From positions 1-64,000 of the IMG/VR virus record IMGVR_UViG_3300028588_000001: a stretch of 64,000 nt of DNA. One strand, given 5' to 3'. The stretch is from a virus (taxonomy: Duplodnaviria; Caudoviricetes). Position numbers and translations under genes: made by a program. The notes beneath the pieces were generated by a model, which saw only the letters and a list, made by a program, of their open reading frames with translations, was not told where the DNA came from and did no database searches. Positions 18,528-27,666 of this stretch are shown in pieces; positions within the stretch are counted from its first letter, which is position 1, and each line of letters begins with the position of its first letter.

Positions 18528-19057
18528 CCGCGCTCGCCGCATCCCCTGGCGACGAATTCGAGCTGCTCGACGCTGAGCGCGCCGAGTTCAAGCTGCGCCG
18601 TTTCCTATTGCGCACCAAGGCCGAGCTGATGCAGCTGGTGGCGGCGCTTCGGTTCATCCCGCTCGACGCCGCCCGGCCTCTGGAAGTCTTGATACAGGAG
18701 CAGGAGGAAGGGCGCGGGCTGAGCGCAAATGCCCTCATGTGGGCTGGTCCGCTGCACGACATCGAGCAACAGGCCTGGATGGTCGTGGACGGGGTGCGCC
18801 GGCGCTTCCGTGCTGAAGTTTGGCACGAGTATTTCAAGCGCGAATACCTGCCCGAGCATCCGACGCCCGGCATGACCCGCAAGGGCTATGCGAAGTGGGC
18901 CATGGACCCGAGTAACAACCGGGTGATGGTCGGCAGCACAACGATGCTCACCAAGAAAGGCTTTGCCGAATACCTTACCCAAGTCGAGGCCCACGGTGCG
19001 AGCCTGGGCGTCATGTACCACGCGAATCCTAACGAACTACCGGCACTGCCGTACTGA
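18524..19057 (+). CDS. ninB: NinB-family recombination protein
   Basis: ANALMWAGPLHDIEQQ, WHEYFKREYLP and STTMLTKKGFAEYLTQVEAHGASLGV. Confidence 0.8.
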   Translation: MTALAASPGDEFELLDAERAEFKLRRFLLRTKAELMQLVAALRFIPLDAARPLEVLIQEQEEGRGLSANALMWAGPLHDIEQQAWMVVDGVRRRFRAEVWHEYFKREYLPEHPTPGMTRKGYAKWAMDPSNNRVMVGSTTMLTKKGFAEYLTQVEAHGASLGVMYHANPNELPALPY

Positions 19058-19063
19058 GGACTC

Positions 19064-19474
19064 ATGAATCACTCCCACACCAATGAAACATCCGACGCCG
19101 TATCCACCCTTGACCTGGGTGCGCTGACCGTGCCGTTCGCGCTGACTGCCGCCGCTGTGCCGCTGCGGGGCGACTTCATATTTCCCGACAAGGACGGCGC
19201 CGACATGCTGCGCATCACGCCGACGGGAATCGTGTTCCGCGGCGAGGCCGTGGTCGACGCCGGCGCTGTCTACAACGCGCTGGCCGCGACCATGAACATC
19301 GAGGCGCCGGGTGTGATCTTCTTCCGCAACCGCAGCATAGACGGGATCTGGGTCGAGGCCGATGAGCACGTCATCGACATCATCCAGAACTCCGAGGTGC
19401 GCGAGAACTACGAGCTGTGCGTGATGCGCAAGTGCACGGGCTCGACCGTGCCGGCGCGCGGGCTCCCCGCGTGA
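19064..19474 (+). CDS. Hypothetical protein
   Basis: 136-aa ORF with GAGGA RBS. Confidence 0.65.
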   Translation: MNHSHTNETSDAVSTLDLGALTVPFALTAAAVPLRGDFIFPDKDGADMLRITPTGIVFRGEAVVDAGAVYNALAATMNIEAPGVIFFRNRSIDGIWVEADEHVIDIIQNSEVRENYELCVMRKCTGSTVPARGLPA

Positions 19475-19914
19475 AACGCTCTCCCATGCCGGCCAGGAAA
19501 AAACCGATGTCGTCCGGTGGCGGCATCTTAAAGCGTTCGGCCATGCCGCGCGCTGGCGGTCTCGCGAGCAAGTTGAGCCGCCCGATCCTGCGCAGGTCGA
19601 AGGGTCCCAAGATGACGCCGATCCGGCGCTCGGCGCAGGGCGAAGACTGCACGCTGCGCTTCCCCGGGATCTGCCGCAATCGCACCGACACGACGGTCTG
19701 GGCGCACTCCAACCAGCTCGCGGACGGCAAGGGCATGGGACTGAAAGCAAATGACGAGGCGGGCTGCTATGCCTGCTTCGAGTGCCACTCGTTCCTTGAT
19801 GGCGGCTGGGCCGCGCTCAAGGAATGGACGTGGGACATGGTTCAACGATTTTTCAAGGTCGCGCGCGAACGAAGCCGCGCGCGATTGCAGCACAAAGGCT
19901 TGGTTGCAGCATGA
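19471..19914 (+). CDS. DUF1364 (YbcO-like) nuclease-fold protein
   Basis: CTLRFPGIC..TVWAHSN..GKGMGLK..YACFECHSFLDG; GTG start overlapping the upstream TGA. Confidence 0.85.
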   Translation: MKRSPMPARKKPMSSGGGILKRSAMPRAGGLASKLSRPILRRSKGPKMTPIRRSAQGEDCTLRFPGICRNRTDTTVWAHSNQLADGKGMGLKANDEAGCYACFECHSFLDGGWAALKEWTWDMVQRFFKVARERSRARLQHKGLVAA

Positions 19915-20909
19915 TCCATTATTTCGACATCGGACACGCCCAGGAGCACGGCGTGATCGAGGCAGTCTTGATCCAGAACCTCTCGTTCTGGATCTCGCAC
20001 AACAAGGCCAATAACACGCATTTCTACCAGGGGCGGACGTGGACCTACAACACGATCGCGGCGTTCGGCGAGCTGTTCCCCTACCTCTCGACTTCGCAGA
20101 TCCGGCGCGCCATGGATGGGCTGATCGCGAAGGGCGTTGTCCTCGCTGGCAACTTCAACGCGCGTGCCGTCGACCGCACGAAATGGTATGCGTTTGCCGA
20201 CGAATGCAATTTCCTAATTCAGCAAGTCCATTTGCCGATTCCAGCAAATGCAGTTGCGGGTTTCGGAAAGTCGTTAACAAGAACAGATGGAAACCAGCAG
20301 AAAGTAAACGCAGATCGTCCTGATGGAGCGCGAGCATCGCGCCTCGCCCCGGACTGGACTTTGCCGAAATCCTGGGGCGATTGGGCGCTGGCAGAGTTCC
20401 CGAGCTGGACGGCGGACTACGTGCGACTGGTCGCCGAGAAATTCCACGACCACTGGATCGCACAACCGAAATCGAAAGGCGTCAAGGCGGACTGGCTGGC
20501 GACGTGGCGGAACTGGTGCCGGAACGAGCCGGGCCCGAAGAAGGAAGGCGCCGGTACCGGCGGCGCGTGGTGGGCCAGCGAGGCATCCATCAAGGCGAAA
20601 GGGGCGTCGATGGGCATGCGCCCGATCGGCAACGAATCTTGGCAGGACTTCAAGAGCCGAATCCAAGCCGCGATCGACAACGGAGGGGTGCCGCCATCGG
20701 CCGGCCCCAGCCGCCTCCCGCAGCCGTACACGCCATTGCCCGAGGACGGCGGCCCGCCCGAGGACGATGCGCCGCCCGAGCATGTGGACCCGCCCCAGGA
20801 TGGGCCGCCTCGCAAGGGCGGTGGCGGGGTGCAGGCAGTCATCGAAAATTTGAAAGTTCTGACCAACGTACGACCAAAACGACAGGACCCGCCGCATGAC
20901 CAAGCGTAG
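19911..20909 (+). CDS. Phage lytic replication initiator / replisome organiser
   Basis: N-terminal wHTH (FWISHNKAN..GRTWTYNT..FPYLS..NFNARAVDRTKWY) plus RLAPDW..KFHDHW..DWLATWRNW domain. Confidence 0.75.
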   Translation: MIHYFDIGHAQEHGVIEAVLIQNLSFWISHNKANNTHFYQGRTWTYNTIAAFGELFPYLSTSQIRRAMDGLIAKGVVLAGNFNARAVDRTKWYAFADECNFLIQQVHLPIPANAVAGFGKSLTRTDGNQQKVNADRPDGARASRLAPDWTLPKSWGDWALAEFPSWTADYVRLVAEKFHDHWIAQPKSKGVKADWLATWRNWCRNEPGPKKEGAGTGGAWWASEASIKAKGASMGMRPIGNESWQDFKSRIQAAIDNGGVPPSAGPSRLPQPYTPLPEDGGPPEDDAPPEHVDPPQDGPPRKGGGGVQAVIENLKVLTNVRPKRQDPPHDQA

Positions 20910-21171
20910 CTATTCCGATGTGTCCGCGCCCGGCTATAACGCCAATGGGCTGCTCGATGTCGTCATGGCGCGATGCAAGCTCAAGAACGATCACGCGCTT
21001 TCGATCACGCTGGAGATCGCGCCGTCGATGATCAGCAAGATTCGCCACCATGCGCTGCCCGTCGGCCCCTCGGTCGTCCTGCGAATCCACGAGCAGGCCA
21101 ACATGCCGGTCGCCCTGATTCGCGAGTACCTGGGCATGCCGCCGGCGTCGAAGATGGAGCCGGCGAAGTGA
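20896..21171 (+). CDS. Small HTH protein of a family I recall from Oxalobacteraceae
   Basis: LLDVVMARCKLKNDHALSITLEIAPSMISKIRHHALPVG..LRIHE pattern. Confidence 0.75.
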   Translation: MTKRSYSDVSAPGYNANGLLDVVMARCKLKNDHALSITLEIAPSMISKIRHHALPVGPSVVLRIHEQANMPVALIREYLGMPPASKMEPAK

Positions 21172-21404
21172 TGTGCGACCTCTGCATCGCCATGGGCGGC
21201 CGGTTCGATGCGAACCGCGAATGCTGCCAGATCCGGCTCGCGGCCGCGCTGCCCCAGCACATGAAGCTGGCCGCGTTCGAGAAGGTGCGCAGGGAGTCCG
21301 GCACGGTGGCGGAAGAAGCGTTCAAGGAACGGGTGCGCGCCGAGTACGTGCGTCAACGAGAACACCGCCGCGCGAAGGCCCGGCAACACCTGGAAGCAGC
21401 ATGA
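21171..21404 (+). CDS. Hypothetical protein (CxxC/CC)
   Basis: MCDLC..RECC; translationally coupled. Confidence 0.6.
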   Translation: MCDLCIAMGGRFDANRECCQIRLAAALPQHMKLAAFEKVRRESGTVAEEAFKERVRAEYVRQREHRRAKARQHLEAA

Positions 21405-21952
21405 GCACGAAGTCGAAGTCGAAGCGTAACGATCGCAGCAAGAAGGGCGCGGTCTCGCGCCGGATGGCCAGCGTCAGCCACGCCGGTGCAGCCGCCAGCA
21501 TCATGAGCATGCTCGGCCACCACGCAGTTATCGAGGCGGGGTTTGCCGAGCCGATATCGGAGCTGTTGCGCATCGAGCGCGGCATCAAAAACTGGATGGC
21601 CCTGCACCTGATCAAAACCAGCTCGGCCGTCACCGAATACACATGGATGCCCTTATGCGAGGCCGTGAACATCGGAATGATTCTGTCGGAGCGCGGCATC
21701 GGCGCCGAGTACGAAGCATCGTTCCTTGCCGCACAAGAGGCGATCACACGCGCCTGGACGCGATCGGGGCAGCATGGGATAGCAAGGCTGGACGGCGCCG
21801 GCATGTCGGAGATCGCGCTGGCCCTGGAAGTCCACGACGGCCAGCTTGAGCTTGCGATGCGCGGGCAGCTCGCGGCCGCAGATAGTGAAATGCGGCGGCG
21901 GTCTGCAAAGGGCAACGTCGTCCGCGTCGAAGAGCAGCGCAAAGCAGCATAA
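21401..21952 (+). CDS. Hypothetical phage protein
   Basis: ATGA overlap at 21401; EAVNIGMILSERGIG segment. Confidence 0.65.
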   Translation: MSTKSKSKRNDRSKKGAVSRRMASVSHAGAAASIMSMLGHHAVIEAGFAEPISELLRIERGIKNWMALHLIKTSSAVTEYTWMPLCEAVNIGMILSERGIGAEYEASFLAAQEAITRAWTRSGQHGIARLDGAGMSEIALALEVHDGQLELAMRGQLAAADSEMRRRSAKGNVVRVEEQRKAA

Positions 21953-21983
21953 CAATTCAACCACCACCCGAAGGAAAAGCAGC

Positions 21984-22667
21984 ATGCAACAAGCACAGAA
22001 AACCGAAGCCAAGCCCGTCCTGATGTCGTTCTACAGCGACGACGACAAGTCGGCCTGGCTGGCCGGCCGTGACCTCGACCAGCTCGAACTCTGGGAGCGC
22101 GCCTGCTTCGAGTGCAATTTCATCCCGCCCGAAACGCGCGCCGAGTTTCTGGCTGCCGAGCCTCACTATCCCCAGCTGGACGCATGGCGAGACAAGGCCA
22201 TCGCCGCGCGCCGTGAACAGTTCGGCGCGGACCTGCGCGAGAAGCTGCGCGCCGGCGGCCTGCCGGAAGAGCTGATCGAGGATGCCGTCCAGCAGACGCT
22301 CGCCGAACTCGGCAACAAGGTGCTGGGCATTCAGCCGGGCGACGTGAAAGTCATGACGGTGGATGCTTCGCAGGCGCCGGAAGATATCGTCGAGTCGGTG
22401 CTGAACGATGATGCGGCAACGCCGGGCGACATCATCGAGGCCTTCAAGGCGCTGATCAAGGTGAAGGAGCGAGTCGAGCGCAACAAGTGCATCGAGCTGA
22501 TCGAAGCCCTGGACCCGGTTGAGGGCAAGCGCTTCGCCGACGCAATCCGCCAGCGCGCGAAAGAAGCCGATGCGTTTGAAGAGGCGCCGTGCGAATGCCC
22601 GCGCTGCACCGCCAAGCGCGAGAAAGCGGCCGCCGCGGCGTCCAGCTCGAAGCCGGCAACGGTCTAA
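21984..22667 (+). CDS. Hypothetical protein
   Basis: AAGGA RBS before ATG 21984; C-terminal CECPRC. Confidence 0.65.
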   Translation: MQQAQKTEAKPVLMSFYSDDDKSAWLAGRDLDQLELWERACFECNFIPPETRAEFLAAEPHYPQLDAWRDKAIAARREQFGADLREKLRAGGLPEELIEDAVQQTLAELGNKVLGIQPGDVKVMTVDASQAPEDIVESVLNDDAATPGDIIEAFKALIKVKERVERNKCIELIEALDPVEGKRFADAIRQRAKEADAFEEAPCECPRCTAKREKAAAAASSSKPATV

Positions 22668-22712
22668 ACCCATGGCGCGGCCGCCGCGTGCGGCCGCAGC
22701 GAGGCGCGCGAC

Positions 22713-23066
22713 ATGAAGTATCCAACTGCAAATTCCCGGGGCGAGAAGGTTCTACGGACCTTCTTCAAGCATGGCCCCATGACGATCTACCAGTCCACCG
22801 AGATTCATGGGGACTTCGCATCATTGCGCGCGCCGGCCGGCATGAGCCACGACCAGCTGGTCGAGCTGTATGCGGAGCTGGTCGAGCGCGGGTGCCTGAT
22901 ACGCGACGGCATCAAGTACAAGCTGTCGACCCGGGCATGGGACCGGACAAAGCTGCTGGAAGAGGGCGTGCCAGTGCTCGAAGTCGCCCAGCCGCGCGCC
23001 CGGAATATCTTCACCGAGCCCATGCTAAATTTCTTTCGTCGGTCGCCGTGGCTGGTTGCCCTCTAA
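22713..23066 (+). CDS. Hypothetical protein (possible wHTH)
   Basis: 117-aa ORF in the operon. Confidence 0.55.
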   Translation: MKYPTANSRGEKVLRTFFKHGPMTIYQSTEIHGDFASLRAPAGMSHDQLVELYAELVERGCLIRDGIKYKLSTRAWDRTKLLEEGVPVLEVAQPRARNIFTEPMLNFFRRSPWLVAL

Positions 23067-23121
23067 AAAGTAAAGTTCTGGAAAAGCGCTCTTATCATCC
23101 CTGGATCAACGGGAGCGCTTC

Positions 23122-23556
23122 ATGGCACGACGCGAAAAATACGACTTCATTGCAGAACTTTGTACCGAGTGGGTGAGCTGGCTGAAAACACGCCGGTTCT
23201 ACATCAACTCGTATTCCACCGGCAGTACGCTGAATGGGTTGGTCAACGGGCCAGGTGGCGGGCGCGAGCTGAACGGCCGCAACTATCCCGACATGCAGTA
23301 CTTCAACATGGCGATCCATACCTGTTCGGACATGGAAAAGTACAAGGACGAGTGGGAGGCCTTCAAGGCGCACTACTTGGGTGAAGGCGAGCGCACCGTC
23401 GCCAAGCGCATTGCGTCCGACCTGGGCGTGTGCCGGCGCACCTATTACAACCACATCAAGAAATTCGCCGAGGCCGCGTATTCGATGAGCTTGAGTCTCA
23501 AGAAGGCCCACGAGACCATGACCAGTGCTGTCGATCGCCCGGCGCTCGTGCAATGA
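23122..23556 (+). CDS. Late regulator (antiterminator Q-like)
   Basis: C-terminal HTH AKRIASDLGVCRRTYYNHI; occupies the Q position at the end of the nin-like region. Confidence 0.55.
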   Translation: MARREKYDFIAELCTEWVSWLKTRRFYINSYSTGSTLNGLVNGPGGGRELNGRNYPDMQYFNMAIHTCSDMEKYKDEWEAFKAHYLGEGERTVAKRIASDLGVCRRTYYNHIKKFAEAAYSMSLSLKKAHETMTSAVDRPALVQ

Positions 23557-23584
23557 CCAGTTTATCCACCACCGAGAGTAGCGC

Positions 23585-24085
23585 ATGAAAAAGAGTTTGA
23601 TCCCGATGTTCCTGATCCTGGCCGCCACGCTGGCCGGCTGTTCCCGTGACGTGCCGCCAGCGCCGCCGCCGGTGCCGGCGTACCAGCCGGCCGCGCCGAC
23701 TGTCGTGCAGGCCGCCCCGGCCGCCGCCCCGGTCATCGTCAACGCTGCGCCGGCCAGCTCGGGCGCGGGTGACATGCTCGCCGGCGCCGCGCTCGGTGGC
23801 GCAGCCGGCTACATGCTGGGCGCCTCGACGGCGCGTAGCAATGCCCCGCCAGCGCCGGCGGCCGCGCCGGCCACGGTCATCAACAAGACCGTGATCCACA
23901 AGACCGTCGTGGTGAAGCAGGCGCCGCCGCCACCGCCGCCGCGCCCGGTCGCGCCCGTGCGGGCGCCGGTCTCGCTCGTGAAGTCGTCGCCTGCAGCTCC
24001 CAGCTACCGCGCGCCGTCGACCTCGTACGCGCCGTCGCGCAGCTACGCGCCGTCGACGGTCTCCTATTCGGGCATGCGTAAGTAG
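23585..24085 (+). CDS. Pro/Ala-rich lipoprotein with glycine zipper
   Basis: Signal MKKSLIPMFLILAATLAG-C (lipobox LAGC); GDMLAGAALGGAAGYMLG. Confidence 0.75.
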   Translation: MKKSLIPMFLILAATLAGCSRDVPPAPPPVPAYQPAAPTVVQAAPAAAPVIVNAAPASSGAGDMLAGAALGGAAGYMLGASTARSNAPPAPAAAPATVINKTVIHKTVVVKQAPPPPPPRPVAPVRAPVSLVKSSPAAPSYRAPSTSYAPSRSYAPSTVSYSGMRK

Positions 24086-24088
24086 GCG

Positions 24089-24286
24089 GTGGACCCGATC
24101 GCGCAGGCCTTCGCGCTGTTCCAGCAGCTGCGCGATCAGCGGACCCACCTATGCGACTACCGCTATACCGAGCTGGCCGCCTTCCGCAAGGCGGTCGAGT
24201 CGCTTCCCCAGCTGCGCGCCGATCGGCCGCGCAAAAGAAAAAGCCGGGTTGCCCCGGCTTCGATCAATCAGGCTGAACGTTCGTAG
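24089..24286 (+). CDS. Hypothetical protein
   Basis: 65 aa, GTG start 3 nt after the previous stop. Confidence 0.45.
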   Translation: MDPIAQAFALFQQLRDQRTHLCDYRYTELAAFRKAVESLPQLRADRPRKRKSRVAPASINQAERS

Positions 24287-24458
24287 ACGTTTCGTTCGGC
24301 ACGATCCACCAGCGCGCTTCCAGCGTGCACCCTGGCCCGACAGGCTGGCCGGCGTAGGCGTCGTCAGAGTCGCACAGTTCCTCGCTGAACTCGGCAGGAT
24401 CTGCGGAGACCTTCTGCCCGCAATCCATGCAAACGTAGAAGTCCGGTGGCGTGCTCAT
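24264..24458 (-). CDS. Small Cys-containing protein
   Basis: CMDC..C..C; last gene of the leftward block. Confidence 0.55.
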   Translation of the reverse strand: MSTPPDFYVCMDCGQKVSADPAEFSEELCDSDDAYAGQPVGPGCTLEARWWIVPNETSTNVQPD

Positions 24459-25063
24459 TAGCGGGCCTCCTGCTTGCCCGGCACGAACGGCTGGTAGTGC
24501 CTGCGGCCCCAGCGCTCGACCAGCGCTGCGGCATCGCTCGCGCCCAGGCGGGCCAGTGCCTCGGGTACCGTGTCTTGGTACTCGTCCAGCAGGTCGGCGC
24601 GGCTGGCCGCCAGTAGCACGTAGATCCGCTCGCCGGTCGACAGCACGCCGAAACTGCCATCGTCAGGGTTGTCGATCAGGCGCTGCGCGTACTCGTCCAG
24701 TCGATCGAGCTGGCTGGAAGTCATGCCGCCGCCGCCGAGCTTGGCCTCGAATTCGGCTTGCCGCCGCTGCTGGCAAGCGTCGAACACGAATTTCGACAGG
24801 TCGATGAGGTCGGGATACATGGTCTTGACGATCGCGCCCACTTCGAGCAGTTCGGGGCTCTCCCCGTGGTTCAGGTACTCCGTGACCATATCGCCGGCCA
24901 TTTTGGTGCGCAGCTCATCGAGCCCGAACACGCACGCGCCAAGGCTAAACGGGTGAATGCGGTTGTAGAGCGACAGGACCAGCTTGGCCAGGCCAAGCGC
25001 AGAGCTAGTGCCGGGATTCGTGGATATATACACCAGGGCGGCGCGGTACGGTTGTTGATTCAT
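24458..25063 (-). CDS. Hypothetical protein
   Basis: 201 aa with AGGAG RBS. Confidence 0.7.
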   Translation of the reverse strand: MNQQPYRAALVYISTNPGTSSALGLAKLVLSLYNRIHPFSLGACVFGLDELRTKMAGDMVTEYLNHGESPELLEVGAIVKTMYPDLIDLSKFVFDACQQRRQAEFEAKLGGGGMTSSQLDRLDEYAQRLIDNPDDGSFGVLSTGERIYVLLAASRADLLDEYQDTVPEALARLGASDAAALVERWGRRHYQPFVPGKQEAR

Positions 25064-25114
25064 GTGGATCTCCTAGTTCGTGGTGTGGGATGCCGGCGGC
25101 CGGCCGGCGCGGTT

Positions 25115-25567
25115 TCAATCTTGGCTGCCGATGTCGGGGAGTGGGAAGTCGGTAAGCTCGCCGGCGGCTTCTTCCGGCGACCGCTTGGCCGCGTACATAT
25201 CGGCAAGGTCGTAGCACTCGCTTTGTGTGAAGGCCCGGCCGCCCAGCAGGCGCCGGACCTCATCGGTCCACGCATTTTCGGCGAGCAGTTGGCGCGGTAC
25301 GTGAAGAATCGTGGCGATCGCGTCGTCCTTGTCCCGCTCGTTGATGCTCTTGAAAGCTGCGAATTGGCCATTGGCCACCAGCAGCTGATCCCACACGCCC
25401 AGCGTGTCGCGGTAGATCACTGGCGTGTGCGCGAGGTCGACGCCGGCGGCCGCCAGATCCGCGATCACGCCCTCCGCGTCGTTGGTGACGCTCTTCCCGT
25501 TGTCGTTGTCGATCACGCAAATCACGCCATGCTCGACGGTGTAGCTGTAGTCGGCGCGGATCTTCAT
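25115..25567 (-). CDS. Hypothetical phage protein
   Basis: MKIRADYSY..GKSVTNDAEGVI..VIYRDTLGVWD; GAAGG RBS. Confidence 0.7.
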   Translation of the reverse strand: MKIRADYSYTVEHGVICVIDNDNGKSVTNDAEGVIADLAAAGVDLAHTPVIYRDTLGVWDQLLVANGQFAAFKSINERDKDDAIATILHVPRQLLAENAWTDEVRRLLGGRAFTQSECYDLADMYAAKRSPEEAAGELTDFPLPDIGSQD

Positions 25568-26067
25568 CCTTCGACCTCCATGTCGCCAGTGTCGCCGGCG
25601 TCGACGCGGCGCGCGATCTCGCCCAGGTCGTGCTCGATATGCCGTGGGGCGAGAAGCCAGCGCCCGTTGGGCATCGGATGATGGTACAGCGTGTGCCCGC
25701 CTGCGCCAATAGAGAAGCTGACGCAATCCGAGAGCAAGTACATGCGCGTTTTCCATGGGAACTCCATGCGCAGGCCGGCCACGTCGGCGGCCGCTTGGAG
25801 TGTGCTGTCCGGGCCATAGTCGACGCCCAGGTAATCGACATGGCGGCCGTTCTCGTCCGGCTTCAACAGCAGCTCGTGCAGGGCGGCGCCGAACTTGTCC
25901 AGCACGTCCGGCGTGTTGTTCTTCGGGATTCGGGCCGCCATCATGCTCTGCATGTCGGTCATGAGCGTGGCAAATTCCGGGCGCTCGTGTTGGTACTTGG
26001 GCGCCGCCAGGGCGCGCTTCCACAGGTCGACGGCGCGCGCGACGATGATGGGGTTCGGCTGGTACAT
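25564..26067 (-). CDS. Hypothetical phage protein
   Basis: 167 aa; VDYGPDSTLQAAA..FPWKTRM. Confidence 0.7.
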   Translation of the reverse strand: MYQPNPIIVARAVDLWKRALAAPKYQHERPEFATLMTDMQSMMAARIPKNNTPDVLDKFGAALHELLLKPDENGRHVDYLGVDYGPDSTLQAAADVAGLRMEFPWKTRMYLLSDCVSFSIGAGGHTLYHHPMPNGRWLLAPRHIEHDLGEIARRVDAGDTGDMEVEG

Positions 26068-26068
26068 A

Positions 26069-26866
26069 TCAGCCCCTCCCGATCTGGTAGACGTGGCGGC
26101 GCTCGAAGGTGATCATGTCGCCAAGGAGTAGGCCATGCTTCGCGGTCAGAACAAGATCGTTATCCACCTTGCCGCTGATCTTGTTGCCGTTGATCGTCGC
26201 CACCTTGACCCAGAATCGCTCCAAGTCGTCAACGCAAACCTTGACGTGCCAGCCCGGGCGCACGGCGTCCAGTTCCTCGGCCGTTGGGGCCTCGAAGGTG
26301 GCTGGATTCAGCCGCTGTTTTTCTTGCGCATCAACGAAGGTCGGCCGGATCGGGCCGCGATCGGCTTGCGGCCGCGTGTCCGGGGAAAGCCGCCCGGCGT
26401 GCACGGCGGTCTCTGGTTCGAGTGGTGCGTATTCGAGGACGCGGCCTGGAAGAATAGGTAGAGATCCTGTGCGCTGCTGGCCTGGGCGATAAAGCTGGAT
26501 AACGACAACTTCTCGTGCTTGCGGGTCGTGCTTGAGGTCGCGAGGGATGCCGGCCTGTTTGCGGATCTCGCCCTGCACGGCGTTCGGATCGGCCGCAACA
26601 CTACGCACGTAGGCCTCGCTGATAAGGACGGCGCACGCATTGGGCGGCAGATCCGGCACATATCGCTGCAAGAGTGCGCCGACAGCACGCGAACCGGCCG
26701 GGCTCGTCATCATTTGCGCAATGGGGAACGGGTCGACATGGACGACATGCTCGCCCTCGACAACAACGGTCAGGATTACAGGTGGCAAGTCGCCTTTCGG
26801 CAGGCCTTTGCCGATCAGCTCGCGCGCGAGCCGTTCATACACGGCTTCAAAGGGGAATGTGGACAT
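26069..26866 (-). CDS. Hypothetical two-domain protein
   Basis: 265 aa; C-terminal ERFWVKV..GKVDNDL module. Confidence 0.7.
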   Translation of the reverse strand: MSTFPFEAVYERLARELIGKGLPKGDLPPVILTVVVEGEHVVHVDPFPIAQMMTSPAGSRAVGALLQRYVPDLPPNACAVLISEAYVRSVAADPNAVQGEIRKQAGIPRDLKHDPQAREVVVIQLYRPGQQRTGSLPILPGRVLEYAPLEPETAVHAGRLSPDTRPQADRGPIRPTFVDAQEKQRLNPATFEAPTAEELDAVRPGWHVKVCVDDLERFWVKVATINGNKISGKVDNDLVLTAKHGLLLGDMITFERRHVYQIGRG

Positions 26867-26879
26867 AATTTCTCCAGAG

Positions 26880-27617
26880 TTAGGGGATCTCGGTAAAGCG
26901 CTGTGTGCACTCTCCGCAAATCAGGTTCAGGGCGGGCTTGCCCCATACCGCTACGGGGTCATCGCACCCGCATGTGTATTTCGAGCGGTTGCTCTTGTTG
27001 GCCGTGGGTTTCGCCGGCGCCGGTTCCATCTGTAGGCCCGTGAGCGCGGCCACCGTCGTCGCCGGCGCCGGCAGCTGTGCGGTTTGCACCAGGGCGGCGC
27101 CGGATGGCTCAGCGCCGGCCGATGGCGGCTGGCCGAAGCGGTCGTACCACGCGATTTTGAAATCATCGTCCAGCAGCTCGCGGCAGGCTGCAAGGAACCG
27201 GCCGCCCTCGATCGGGTAGTCGGCCATCTTGTCGCCCGTGCGCGCGCCGCCAGGCCGGCCGGTAGACGACGGCATGAGCCCGATGGATTCCATTTTGTCC
27301 GCCCACTCGTGGTTGTGATAGCTGGCACGGCCGGGCTTGCCGAATTCGTATTGCCATACGTGGGATTGCTCGTGCACGAGGGTGGCCATGATCTCGACCA
27401 GGGGAACGACTGCGAAGTAGGTCGGATTCATCGCCAGCTCGTGCAGCTTGTCGCCGTTCTGGTTGCCGAAGCGGTTGCGCGAGAAGTAGCCATAGGCGCG
27501 CTCCTTGCGTTGCAAGGTGATCAGGCACTGCGGCAGCTTGCCGTCCCACAGAAGGCGATTGAACGTGTCATAGGCCTTTTGCAGCTCGGAATAGAAGGCG
27601 GTCGTCGGTTGATTCAT
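26880..27617 (-). CDS. SprT-like zinc metalloprotease
   Basis: TLVHEQSH (HExxH), YHNHEWADKM and C-terminal YTCGC..LICGEC Zn ribbon. Confidence 0.88.
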   Translation of the reverse strand: MNQPTTAFYSELQKAYDTFNRLLWDGKLPQCLITLQRKERAYGYFSRNRFGNQNGDKLHELAMNPTYFAVVPLVEIMATLVHEQSHVWQYEFGKPGRASYHNHEWADKMESIGLMPSSTGRPGGARTGDKMADYPIEGGRFLAACRELLDDDFKIAWYDRFGQPPSAGAEPSGAALVQTAQLPAPATTVAALTGLQMEPAPAKPTANKSNRSKYTCGCDDPVAVWGKPALNLICGECTQRFTEIP

Positions 27618-27618
27618 C

Positions 27619-27666
27619 TTTGTATTGTGCAATCCAAAGTAGGAATTACAAATTCTACTGGCAATT
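27619..27666 (-). promoter_or_regulatory. Promoter/operator region of the sprT-like gene
   Basis: Minus strand TTGTAA-N16-CACAAT ending 6 nt before the ATG; palindrome TTTGTATTG-TG-CAATCCAAA (27619-38); operator copy at 27644-66. Confidence 0.5.
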
